DNA from: Gloeobacterales cyanobacterium
Lineage (GTDB): Bacteria > Cyanobacteriota > Cyanobacteriia > Gloeobacterales > PMM-0068
Assembly (NCBI GenBank): GCA_038245785.1
Contig: JBBRSB010000001.1
Coordinates: forward strand, 32,001 to 96,000
Direction: 5' to 3'
Length of the DNA: 64,000 nucleotides
Below, in pieces: positions 40,520-49,768 of the stretch. Position 1 is the first letter of the stretch; the number at the start of each line of letters is the position of its first letter. A program made the translations under genes and the position numbers. The notes under the pieces are model-generated. The model made no database searches. It worked only from the letters and a program-made list of their open reading frames with translations, and was not told the DNA's origin.

Positions 40520-40999
40520 TTACTTTACTTCTTTACCTTCTGTAGGAAGGAGACGGTCGGGAGATTCAGGATCATAGGGCTGGATCCCTGTGAACTTGAG
40601 TCTGGCCGGGCTGGGATTGTTGCCAATCTTGCGGGGGACATAACCCACGGGTAAACGACCAGGATTGGATTTTTCAGAAGGGACACCGTCCATGGGGAAG
40701 ACCAGCTCATATTCATCATTGGGATACTGACGGTAGATCTTAGAATCCCGGATTTTAAAGCTGGCTACGAGTTGGCGGTGCAGAGCATGGCATTGCTCTT
40801 TGCGGGCTAGGTAGAGCACATTGGTGCCGGCAACCATGGTTGCTGCCCCTGCAGTGGGCATCTCAAAAACCTGCTCTTCTTTGCTATTCCAGACTATGAA
40901 ATATTTTTCTTCAGTCTCTGCAGCCCGGAGTAATCCTCCGGTACTACCACCGAAGATAGGGGTGCTGCCGTTAAAAGGCAATGCCTTGGCTTGGGTCAT
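40520..40999 (-). CDS. psaD: Photosystem I reaction centre subunit II
   Basis: [33 protein letters not shown]. Confidence 0.96.
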   Translation of the reverse strand: MTQAKALPFNGSTPIFGGSTGGLLRAAETEEKYFIVWNSKEEQVFEMPTAGAATMVAGTNVLYLARKEQCHALHRQLVASFKIRDSKIYRQYPNDEYELVFPMDGVPSEKSNPGRLPVGYVPRKIGNNPSPARLKFTGIQPYDPESPDRLLPTEGKEVK

Positions 41000-41139
41000 A
41001 GGTCCAACCTCGATGACAAGATCTCTTTATGTATCGTACGGCGGTGTTGCCTAGGGGAAAGCTTTGTTCATGCTTGTTCACAAAAGGAAGCCTAAGCGTA
41101 GGGCAGTCCCCTATTTTTAGGGCCAGATCTGCTGAACAT

Positions 41140-42990
41140 TCATGCCTTCGATTGTAGAAAATAACGGACGCTGGTCACTACCCGCCCCCGTTTAAAGAGC
41201 AAGGCTGAACGCACTAAGAGTGAAGTTTGGTTATGGAGCAGGTTTTCCCACCAGTGAGCTGTGACAAAAGTGGGTAAGACCACCGTCATATAGACTTCTG
41301 GAGGATAGTTCTCTTCTGCTTTATTCACAAACTCCACAATCGGCATTACTACCGAACGGTAGGGAGAGTCCAAAATGACCAACGGAATGTCTGCTTCTAA
41401 GTCTGCCCACTGTCTTTGCAGCTTTTCCCGGTCTGTAGAACCGATATCGATATGGACGGCGGTGACATCATCCCCAATTGCCCGCGCATAGTCTAGAGCT
41501 TCTATCGTTCCCCGATGGAGGGATCCGGCCAAGACGATTACCGGATGGGTCGCATTGGTCACCTTTGGCCTTGGAGGATAGGACCGAGGCTGAACTTTTT
41601 GCAGGGTTAATTGTGCTGCCACACTCTGATAGTGTTTGCGAATAGCCAAGAATAAGCTGACCAGTAAGGGAATGGCTACTACTACGGCCCAAGCGCCCAA
41701 GAGAAATTTAGTGGCTGCAATAATCGTCAAGACGATAAGTGTGACCAAAGCACCAATGCCATTCATCAAGGCGCTGGCTTGCCAGCCTTGCGTCTTCTCC
41801 CGAAACCAGTAGCGGACCATACCTGTTTGCGAAAGCGTAAACGAAGTAAATACTCCTACGGCATAGAGGGGGATGATCGCTGTTGTATCGCCTTGAAAAA
41901 TGACGACCAAGACAATCGCACAAAGACTAAGGAGAATAACCCCATTAGAGAAAACGAGACGGTCGCCCAAGAGGGAGAGCTGTCTGGGTAAAAAGCCATC
42001 CCGTGCCAGAAAATAAGACAGTCTAGGAAAGTCCGCAAAGCTTGTATTAGCGGCCAGAATCAGAATCAAGAAGGTGGCCACCTGCAAGAAATAATAGAGC
42101 GGTCCCGTTCCCAAGATTTGGCGAGCAAGCAGAGAAACGGAGGTCTGTCCTTCTTCCGGGACGATGTGGTAAATATTTGCGAGATAGGTCACCCCAATGA
42201 ATAGACTGCCCAGGATAAGACCCATGTAGAGCAGCGTAGTTCGGGCATTCTTCCACTCAGGCGTTTTAAAGGCTAAGACCCCATCGGAAATCGCTTCCAC
42301 ACCCGTCAAAGCCGTGCATCCTGCGGCAAAGGCCCTGAGAACTAAAAAGAGGGTCAGGGGCTCTTTAGCCTGAATCAAAGCAGGTGCGTCTGTGACCTGA
42401 CCCGTAAGTGCCTGATAAAGACCTAAACCAATCAGCAGAAATAGGCTGACGATAAAGGTATAGGTCGGAATCATAAACAGTCTGCCCGATTCTCGCAGAC
42501 CTCTCAGATTGGCCAGCATCAGTAAAAAGATGAAAAGGACGCATAGCTCTACCCGAAAAGGGAAAAGTGTGGGAACCGCTGAAGTTAAGGCGGCAACCCC
42601 AGCGGAGACGCTGACGGCCACGGTCAAGATGTAATCAATCATCAAGGAGCCGCCAGCGATTAGTCCTGGATAGAGTCCCAAATTTTCTCGTGCCACGATG
42701 TAGGCCCCGCCTCCTTTCGGATAGGCCCGAATCGTCTGTCGATAAGAAAGAATAATGATGGCCAACAGTAGAATAATGGCCCCAGCAATAGGCATTGAAA
42801 TACTCAAAGCTCCCGATCCGGCTAAGACTAGAACGACGAGGATTTCCTCCGTTGCATAGGCTACAGAAGAAAGGGCATCGGACGAGAGAACGGCCAATCC
42901 TGCTGCATTACTTAACCGTTCTTCGTCGTGGGCACTAGTAGGAAGAGGATCGCCTAACAAGAAGCGTTTCAGCTGCAGGTAGGAAGCCAT
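41140..42990 (-). CDS. APC family permease, KimA/YdaO-like
   Basis: SDALSSVAYATEEI, YPKGGGAY, ALTGVEAIS, LYAVGVF, WWENLLHNQ. Confidence 0.88.
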   Translation of the reverse strand: MASYLQLKRFLLGDPLPTSAHDEERLSNAAGLAVLSSDALSSVAYATEEILVVLVLAGSGALSISMPIAGAIILLLAIIILSYRQTIRAYPKGGGAYIVARENLGLYPGLIAGGSLMIDYILTVAVSVSAGVAALTSAVPTLFPFRVELCVLFIFLLMLANLRGLRESGRLFMIPTYTFIVSLFLLIGLGLYQALTGQVTDAPALIQAKEPLTLFLVLRAFAAGCTALTGVEAISDGVLAFKTPEWKNARTTLLYMGLILGSLFIGVTYLANIYHIVPEEGQTSVSLLARQILGTGPLYYFLQVATFLILILAANTSFADFPRLSYFLARDGFLPRQLSLLGDRLVFSNGVILLSLCAIVLVVIFQGDTTAIIPLYAVGVFTSFTLSQTGMVRYWFREKTQGWQASALMNGIGALVTLIVLTIIAATKFLLGAWAVVVAIPLLVSLFLAIRKHYQSVAAQLTLQKVQPRSYPPRPKVTNATHPVIVLAGSLHRGTIEALDYARAIGDDVTAVHIDIGSTDREKLQRQWADLEADIPLVILDSPYRSVVMPIVEFVNKAEENYPPEVYMTVVLPTFVTAHWWENLLHNQTSLLVRSALLFKRGRVVTSVRYFLQSKA

Positions 42991-43134
42991 AAATAATTTT
43001 TCACCTGAAAATTGGTAATGTGCCTATCTTGACCATATCTTTTCGAGCAGGCAGTTGATCACTTTCACTAATGTTTATAGCTAAGTGCTAGCTAATAACG
43101 CTCAAGACAGACTGTAGTAAACAATGTGAACTGT

Positions 43135-43286
43135 GCAAACCGTTCCTAGCTAAACGCACCCAAATCTAGAATTCTCTGACGCTCACCTAAAAGTATTTGT
43201 TCTAAACAACCCAAACAAACTCTAAAGCTTTTCTGAAGATTATTTGTATCTAATAAAACCTCCAAGCAAACCGTAGCTAAACGCAC
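43135..43286 (+). repeat. Imperfect direct repeat, two copies (43135-43159 and 43266-43286)
   Basis: GCAAACCG-TTCC-TAGCTAAACGCAC versus GCAAACCG-TAGCTAAACGCAC. Confidence 0.75.
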
Positions 43287-43358
43287 AGCTGAAACTGTTC
43301 ACTTCTAGTTCACTGTCATCCAACAGGAAAATGCAGTCCTGAATCAGGAGTCAGCGTC

Positions 43359-43745
43359 ATGGCAGTCTATCCCAAACAACAAGAGAAAAAGTCTCTTATC
43401 AAGGGGCAATATAGAACCCCCTGGTTATCCAACTCAGCATTGCGCCCGGCCCTGTTCTTACTCTTGGGATTTTTGCTACTTTCTTCTCTTCTTCTCGCTG
43501 GGGTATGGCTTTTCTTACCTCAGGAATCAAACTTGTGGACCACAGCCTGTGGGCTCCTCGTCCTTTATATGGTTCTTCGCAACGGAATAAAGTTTTGGAA
43601 GCTCAAAGGCACTTTGGCTGATCCTGAAGCCCAATTCCGTATGGAAAACTTTCGCTTTTGGCGAGACAACCCCAAAACCAGCTGGGCACCTAAATCCAAC
43701 CGGGCACAACGTCGCGCTAAATCCAGGTCCAACCTTGTTTCGTGA
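43359..43745 (+). CDS. Hypothetical two-TM membrane protein
   Basis: AGGAG before ATG, two hydrophobic helices, basic tail; ends 13 nt before amtB. Confidence 0.7.
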   Translation: MAVYPKQQEKKSLIKGQYRTPWLSNSALRPALFLLLGFLLLSSLLLAGVWLFLPQESNLWTTACGLLVLYMVLRNGIKFWKLKGTLADPEAQFRMENFRFWRDNPKTSWAPKSNRAQRRAKSRSNLVS

Positions 43746-43758
43746 GGACTCTAATTTC

Positions 43759-45342
43759 ATGAATAGAGATAGATGGAAGCTCCCTCTTGCTAGTGCTTTG
43801 GGGGCGGTGGTCTTGGTAGGCTGCATGGGGCTTGCTGCTCATGCGGCGGGGGACCCAACGGGTTCTGCGGTGGATTGGTCAAGGGTCAGCAAAACGGCTC
43901 CCGACCTTAAAACCGTAGCGAACACCGTTGGCAACTTGAAAGTCGGCCTGAATATGACGTGGACCCTAATGACAGGGTTTTTAGTGTTCTTCATGCAAGC
44001 AGGTTTTGCGCTGGTGGAGACGGGATTCTGTCGCGCAAAGAACTCTGCCCACACGATGATGATGAACCTGATGGTTTTTTGCGTAGGCCTGGCTGGTTTT
44101 TTCACCTGCGGCTTTGCCTTTATGTTTGGAGGCTTCGGCGAAACCCTAACCTTGGGTGATACCAGCAAAGTTATGGATGGCATGCTGACCATCGGCGGTT
44201 TTGACCTGATTGGGACCAAAGGCTTCTTCCTCAGTGGAGACTTTTACGACGTCTCTGTTTTGACCTTATTTCTTTTCCAGTTGGTTTTTATGGATACCGC
44301 TGCAACGATTCCCACGGGGTCTACAGCAGAACGTATTCAGTGGCGAGGCTTTCTGCTGATGGGCCTTTGGGTCAGCATGTTTATCTATCCCCTAATCGGC
44401 TGTTGGGTTTGGGGAGGCGGTTGGCTAGCGGATCTGGGAACGCGATTCGGTCTTGGTCATGGGGTCGTGGATTTTGCGGGTTCTGGTGTGGTGCATATGG
44501 TCGGCGGGGCTGTCGCGCTGGCCGGATGTATTGTGATTGGCCCGCGCATTGGTAAATACGGCAAAGACGGAAGCGTGAATGCCATCCCTGGGCACAACTT
44601 GCCGATGGGTATTCTGGGGGTGATCATTCTATTCTTCGGTTGGTTTGGATTTAACCCTGGTTCTACCTTGGCTGCCACAGACCTCCGGATCGCCAATGTG
44701 GCGGTTACAACCATGGTCGCTGGCGGTTTTGGCGGTTTGGCTGCTATGTTCCGCATGTGGATCTGGGAAGGGAAACCGGACCCTGGCTATTCCTGTAATG
44801 GAGTACTGGCTGGTTTAGTTGCGATTACGGCTCCCTGTGCTTTTGTAGACCCTCTGACGGCTGCCTTGATCGGCACCTTGGCCGGAGGTTGGGTGTGTGA
44901 CTCTGGTCTATTTATCGAGCGCAAACTGAAGCTTGATGATCCTGTGGGCGCTATTGCCGTCCATTTCTGCAATGGAGCTTGGGGGCTAGTTGCACTGGGC
45001 CTGTTTGCGGACGGTAAGTACGGAGCAGGCTGGAATGGAGTTGGTGCGGATAAGTACCTGGGTGAAGCAGGCAAAGGCGTAACAGGCCTCTTCTATGGAG
45101 ATTCCTCTCAGTTGATCGCCCAATTGGTCCAATGTGGTGCGATCATCGTCTTCGCTTTTGGCCTCTCCTATGTCTTCTTTTCGATTCTCAAAGCGATCAA
45201 CTGGCTAAGAGTTTCCAAAGAAATGGAGCTGTCTGGTTTAGATGTGCCGGAAATGGGTATTTGGGGTTATCCCGACCCTGAAGCATCCTTCGCCCCATCC
45301 TATGGTGCCAGTAATCCAGCGATGCAATCACAGCAGGAATAG
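43759..45342 (+). CDS. amtB: Ammonium transporter
   Basis: FMQAGFALVE, DFAGSGVVH, GWFGFNPGS, DDPVGAIAVH (both pore His present). Confidence 0.96.
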   Translation: MNRDRWKLPLASALGAVVLVGCMGLAAHAAGDPTGSAVDWSRVSKTAPDLKTVANTVGNLKVGLNMTWTLMTGFLVFFMQAGFALVETGFCRAKNSAHTMMMNLMVFCVGLAGFFTCGFAFMFGGFGETLTLGDTSKVMDGMLTIGGFDLIGTKGFFLSGDFYDVSVLTLFLFQLVFMDTAATIPTGSTAERIQWRGFLLMGLWVSMFIYPLIGCWVWGGGWLADLGTRFGLGHGVVDFAGSGVVHMVGGAVALAGCIVIGPRIGKYGKDGSVNAIPGHNLPMGILGVIILFFGWFGFNPGSTLAATDLRIANVAVTTMVAGGFGGLAAMFRMWIWEGKPDPGYSCNGVLAGLVAITAPCAFVDPLTAALIGTLAGGWVCDSGLFIERKLKLDDPVGAIAVHFCNGAWGLVALGLFADGKYGAGWNGVGADKYLGEAGKGVTGLFYGDSSQLIAQLVQCGAIIVFAFGLSYVFFSILKAINWLRVSKEMELSGLDVPEMGIWGYPDPEASFAPSYGASNPAMQSQQE

Positions 45343-45357
45343 GACATTTAAACACGC

Positions 45358-45385
45358 GTAGGGGCGCAAAACTTTGCGCCCCTAC
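45358..45385. repeat. GTAG-type REP-like palindrome
   Basis: GTAGGGGCGCAAA-AC-TTTGCGCCCCTAC, perfect 13-bp arms, between convergent genes. Confidence 0.8.
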
Positions 45386-45432
45386 TGCTATCAAAACGGC
45401 AGGTTGAATCGATAAAACCAATACCTAACCGA

Positions 45433-46485
45433 TCACCGAAGTTTTTGGGCTGAATATAGATCGTGCAATTTTTTTTGTAGGATATCTTTTTTTTTCGCGA
45501 CATCTTCATAGAGGCCCAGCAAGTTTTTTATCCGCTGCTGATGATTGGCTTGGCGAGAAGCAAACAAATTCGAATTCCAGCCAAAGTAGGTATCTTCGTA
45601 GTAATCGATCAAATAGCGACTCGCCAGCTCTAGAGTAATCAGTTGAATCCCTTGGGGAATATAAGCCACTTCCGCAAAATCTAAGATAATACCGCTAGTA
45701 AAATAGCCCTCTAAAGCACACTCAAACATGGCGACATTAAATTGGTTGGACTCTTGCGCAGACGTTCTCCAAGAGCGCAAAGCATCTCCCCATTCAATTG
45801 CTAAGGGTGCATACATTAACGTGTCTAAATCAATCAAGCCAGTAGGTTCTCCCTGGTCGTTAAAAAGCAAATTGTTACTTTTCAAGTCTCCATGAATGAT
45901 CCTGGTTGGTAAATCTTGGGGAAGGAATAGAGGCTGTATGACGTTTGTTATGCGTTCTGTCCAGCGTTGATGCTCCTCTATGACCTCGAAGCGTTGGGGG
46001 AGAGCGCATAGGTCCTTCAAAATCTTAGGCGTGTCATGAAAGCCTTCGTAGTGATAGGTAAAGTGGTACTGCAAGTCCTGAAGAAGATGATGAAATTTCC
46101 CAATTAACTGCCCTGCCCCATAGGCATAGTCCAGAGAAGGGAATTTGGCCCAAGATTTACCTGCTAAAGCGGTCATCATCCGCCACAGGTGACCTTTCCA
46201 GGGATATACCCAGCTTCCTTGCCAGGACTTGAGGAATAGGGGCACAGGGAACTGATATTGATGCAGGTAGGCCGCAATCAAAGCACTATCTTCTACGGTC
46301 TCGGCGGTAAAGACGGCATTCAATGCTTGAAGAATATATTCTTGATCGGGCGTCTCTACCCAGTAAGTCTGATTGACTAAGCCCCCAGCACAGGGGAAAA
46401 CGGCCAAAATCTCAATATTCTGCCCCAGAAAGGCAGTAGCTATATGGATCAATTCTTCTGAACTCAGGATTGCATGCTCCGTCAT
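45433..46485 (-). CDS. Aminoglycoside phosphotransferase-family kinase
   Basis: GGLVNQTY, FHDT, IIHGDLKSNN, IDLDT; start 46485 preferred. Confidence 0.85.
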   Translation of the reverse strand: MTEHAILSSEELIHIATAFLGQNIEILAVFPCAGGLVNQTYWVETPDQEYILQALNAVFTAETVEDSALIAAYLHQYQFPVPLFLKSWQGSWVYPWKGHLWRMMTALAGKSWAKFPSLDYAYGAGQLIGKFHHLLQDLQYHFTYHYEGFHDTPKILKDLCALPQRFEVIEEHQRWTERITNVIQPLFLPQDLPTRIIHGDLKSNNLLFNDQGEPTGLIDLDTLMYAPLAIEWGDALRSWRTSAQESNQFNVAMFECALEGYFTSGIILDFAEVAYIPQGIQLITLELASRYLIDYYEDTYFGWNSNLFASRQANHQQRIKNLLGLYEDVAKKKDILQKKLHDLYSAQKLR

Positions 46486-46848
46486 GCAGTCAGCGTACCA
46501 AAACGGAGGAGTGGAGATATAGGGATCGTTGCAAAAAAGGGAGAACGACGAACGATCGTCTGTTATTTTCCTGGCATTCCATAGCATCAATACAGGAGTG
46601 CCAAAATAGATTTCTTCGCCAAAGTTTAGAGATTTTTAGCTCAAGTCTGTATCATGGCATAAGACGCTTTTATACCGTGTAATTACGCCGCTCTCTCACG
46701 ATTTCACTAAATTTCGTGAGTTTTCTTGTATATATAAAAATTTAGTTGAAGAAATATTTGTTTTGCTATGTGTGATACATCCGGGGGTGCTTTTGGGCAC
46801 TTATAAACAAGTTCTTCCTCTCTCTAGCAGGGAAATATATTACTTGCC

Positions 46849-48351
46849 ATGAAAAATTCGCCTTTTTCTTCCGGTTTTTCCGTGAAGACCCCTGGTTTGC
46901 TTGCGCTCAGGTCCACTCTGTCCTCTTATCTCCCGCTAAGGCTCCGTAGCTGCTCACTTAGAGACTACGGAAAAAATACGATTCGGTCCACCCTAGTTAG
47001 CCTTGCGCTACTCGCATTGTCTTGTCTCCCTTCCCATGCGCAGGCTCAAGGTACGGGTAATGGGCTAAAAGCTAACTATCGCAATGGGACTGACGCAGCC
47101 AAAAGCAGCATCATCTTTACAAGAACGGATGCCAAGATTGATTTCAATTGGGGTTTAGGGTCTCCGGCCTCATCAGTTCCTGCAAACCAATTTTCGGTCA
47201 ACTGGGAAGGGGAAATTCAGCCACGCTACTCAGGCGAATACACGTTCTATGGCACTTCTGATGATGGCAACGTAGTCGTAATCAATGGACAGACCATCGT
47301 CTATGACCCCAATCCGCATGCGGCACGTACAGCTACTGGGAAAATAACCCTAGAAGCAGGAAAGAGATATCCAATAAAAGTGTACTTCTACGAAGCTGCA
47401 GGCGACGCCTCGATGAGGCTAGAGTGGTCTTCGGCCAATCAGCCCCGTGAAGTAGTTCCCACCAGTCAGCTCTATAGTGGTGCAGCAGCTTCCGCACCAA
47501 CATCCACGCCCACCCCAACACCAACCCCCACGCCTAAGCCTGCCCCAACACCAGCGCCTGTCGGGTCAGCGGGTGACCAAGCCAATCAGACCTTCCAAGC
47601 AGCGGTTAATTTCGACTATGAAGGAGAGAATGGGGTCCCTTACACAGGAGGACCCTCCATTGGTTATCCCGAAGGAGTACCGAATGGCTATTCATGGAAA
47701 TTTGGTGGCGGTGGACTGGACAACGTAGCCAATGGTATTAAAGGTCGCGGACCCCAAAGTGCTCTTTCAGCCTACAATCAGGTCTACAAACATCGGCCGG
47801 GGGATGAGCCTCACCCCAATGCTCGTGTTGAGACTGAGAATATGGTGGTCAAATATCACTCTATCTCCCAGAACAAATGGATCACTGTAATTAGTCAGCC
47901 TACGAGTGGCGCTGCCTTCGCAGAGGATTTTGTGAATAACCAAGCCACGGGTGCTGATGCTCAGACCTTGCCAAATGGAAATATTTCCTTGAGATCTGGT
48001 ATCGGTAATGCCTCTGGCGAAGCTGGTGGGACTACGGGCCGCGTCACCGATGATGGCCCTGTAGGATTTAACTATCATGGTTTTGGAAATAGAGTTGCTC
48101 TACCTTGGGCCGATGCAGATGCTGTCCTGATCTATCAACGGATGAGATGTACAGGATCGGATTGTTCCTTTAACCCGTACATTGCTCAAATCGGTATTGA
48201 TAGCTGGGCCACCACAACCTCTAACTATGACAACTTTGCCACTCATGGTGGTGTTAGTGGAGGGAGATTTAAGCCTGTGCTACCTCAATGGCAGTATTTT
48301 ACAAACTTTGTGGGACCTGCCTCTTTGAAAAATAGTGTGCCAAGCCCATAA
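46849..48351 (+). CDS. Secreted PA14-domain protein with Pro/Thr linker and unknown C-terminal domain
   Basis: Signal-like segment ending HAQA, PA14 motifs (GNGLKANY, IDFNWG, SDDG, MRLEWSS, VPTSQLY), PTPT linker; start uncertain. Confidence 0.85.
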   Translation: MKNSPFSSGFSVKTPGLLALRSTLSSYLPLRLRSCSLRDYGKNTIRSTLVSLALLALSCLPSHAQAQGTGNGLKANYRNGTDAAKSSIIFTRTDAKIDFNWGLGSPASSVPANQFSVNWEGEIQPRYSGEYTFYGTSDDGNVVVINGQTIVYDPNPHAARTATGKITLEAGKRYPIKVYFYEAAGDASMRLEWSSANQPREVVPTSQLYSGAAASAPTSTPTPTPTPTPKPAPTPAPVGSAGDQANQTFQAAVNFDYEGENGVPYTGGPSIGYPEGVPNGYSWKFGGGGLDNVANGIKGRGPQSALSAYNQVYKHRPGDEPHPNARVETENMVVKYHSISQNKWITVISQPTSGAAFAEDFVNNQATGADAQTLPNGNISLRSGIGNASGEAGGTTGRVTDDGPVGFNYHGFGNRVALPWADADAVLIYQRMRCTGSDCSFNPYIAQIGIDSWATTTSNYDNFATHGGVSGGRFKPVLPQWQYFTNFVGPASLKNSVPSP

Positions 48352-48366
48352 ATAGTGGGTAGAAGA

Positions 48367-48398
48367 AAAAGCCCCCTTTGTTAACAAAGGGGGCTTTT
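48367..48398. terminator. Bidirectional intrinsic terminator
   Basis: Perfect 32-bp palindrome AAAAGCCCCCTTTGTTAACAAAGGGGGCTTTT. Confidence 0.9.
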
Positions 48399-48414
48399 GT
48401 CTTTATTAGCAGGG

Positions 48415-49182
48415 TTAACGGGCTTGCCCTGATGTAGGCAGCCCTTCTGCCTGAATCATCTGCTCTAAGCGTGCCACGCGGTTTTGGGGACCAGGGTGGG
48501 TGCTCAGAAATTCTGGTGTGCTGCTAGCGCTGTAGAGCTTTCTCAAAAATCGTGGGAGAGCATCGGCGGGATAACCAGCACGCGCTAGGGTATGAATCCC
48601 TAAACGGTCCGCTTCGTACTCATCATCCCGGCTATAGTTCCGCGAGACGAGTCCTACTCCAATGTTTACCAGCGTGTTTTGGTCCACGCCTAAAAGGGCA
48701 CTTCCTGTCTGCGCAAGAGCCGATTGTTTCATCTGCTGAATACTGTGTTTCGCGGAGATATGACCGACTTCATGGGCCAGAACGCCCGCCAATTCTGCTT
48801 CATCGCCGCTGACGGTTTGGAGGAGTCCCGTTGTCACATAGACAAAACCGCCTAGGGTGGCGAAGGCATTGATGCTTTTGTCCTGAGCTACCTGGAAGGT
48901 ATAGGGCAGATTGGGTCGGTCACTGGCTTGAGCAACTCGCTGTCCCACTCGTTGCACGAGTGCATTGAGGTTGGGGTCACTGTTAAGCTTGACTTCTGAT
49001 GAAGCAACAAGCTGCTTATTAATTTGTTGTCCCAAGGTTACTTCTTGCTGGGGAGAAATATTCGATACAGAGTAGTACTGGGCAGCTCCCCGGACTAAGT
49101 CCTGCCAACCAATCGCATAACTAGGCGTTGCGGTGATGAGAAGGGCACTGCTGAGCAGGCCGACTAGGAGTTGTTTTTTCAT
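48415..49182 (-). CDS. M48 family zinc metallopeptidase (secreted)
   Basis: Signal peptide, INAFATLGG, LAHEVGH, SRDDEYEAD, FLSTHP. Confidence 0.92.
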   Translation of the reverse strand: MKKQLLVGLLSSALLITATPSYAIGWQDLVRGAAQYYSVSNISPQQEVTLGQQINKQLVASSEVKLNSDPNLNALVQRVGQRVAQASDRPNLPYTFQVAQDKSINAFATLGGFVYVTTGLLQTVSGDEAELAGVLAHEVGHISAKHSIQQMKQSALAQTGSALLGVDQNTLVNIGVGLVSRNYSRDDEYEADRLGIHTLARAGYPADALPRFLRKLYSASSTPEFLSTHPGPQNRVARLEQMIQAEGLPTSGQAR

Positions 49183-49396
49183 ATCCCTATCCTAACGTTG
49201 AAGATAGGTCGATGTAAGCGTTTTTAGGCCTTCTGATTTACGCGAAAGAGCAATTTATAAAAACGATTGCACCATGCGCGAATCGCTTTGCGGCTCACCT
49301 CAATGCCCCAATAGAATCATCAGGACAAGTAAAAATTCAGGTAAAATGTGGACATTAGGCCCGCTCAAAATGATGTCTGAAACAGCCAGAGATGCT

Positions 49397-49738
49397 ATGA
49401 AGTCTGAAGATCACCTAGAGTTTTTAGCCCCTGACAAGATTCGCATCTTAGGCACACGTATCGGGCTAGAGAACATTCTCCATCGGCTCATTGACTACGC
49501 TTGTAAACCTGAGGCTCTTGTTGAGCAATTTCCCTCACTCACCTTAGAGCAGATCTATGCTTCCTTGGAGTACTATCAACAGCACCGACAAGAAGTTGAT
49601 CAATACTTAGCGGAATGAAGATCACAGACGGAGCGCTTACAAGCTGAGCAAGATCTGAATCCTTCCCCAGACATTGCCCGACTGCGTAAGCGGAAGACTG
49701 TTTATATCCAGGCGAAACAGGCGGTTGAAACTAAATAG
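49397..49738 (+). pseudogene. DUF433-family antitoxin with internal TGA
   Basis: IRILGTRIGLE..FPSLTLEQIYASLEYY; TGA 49616-49618 then 39 in-frame codons (..EQDLNPSPDIARLR..) to TAG 49736-49738. Confidence 0.7.
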
Positions 49739-49768
49739 TGGCCAAGATTCAGTTCCTTATTCTAGAAA

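Noticed and set aside
42991..43358. c-di-AMP (ydaO) riboswitch upstream of the KimA-like gene
   Set aside because: No recognisable ydaO consensus blocks on the minus strand
47495..47560. Repetitive ACx CCx sequence
   Set aside because: Encodes the Pro/Thr linker of the PA14 protein; not an independent repeat
14708..49618. Genetic-code reassignment to explain the in-frame stops at 14708 and 49616
   Set aside because: They are different codons (TAG, TGA) and both end many normal genes here; pseudogenisation is simpler
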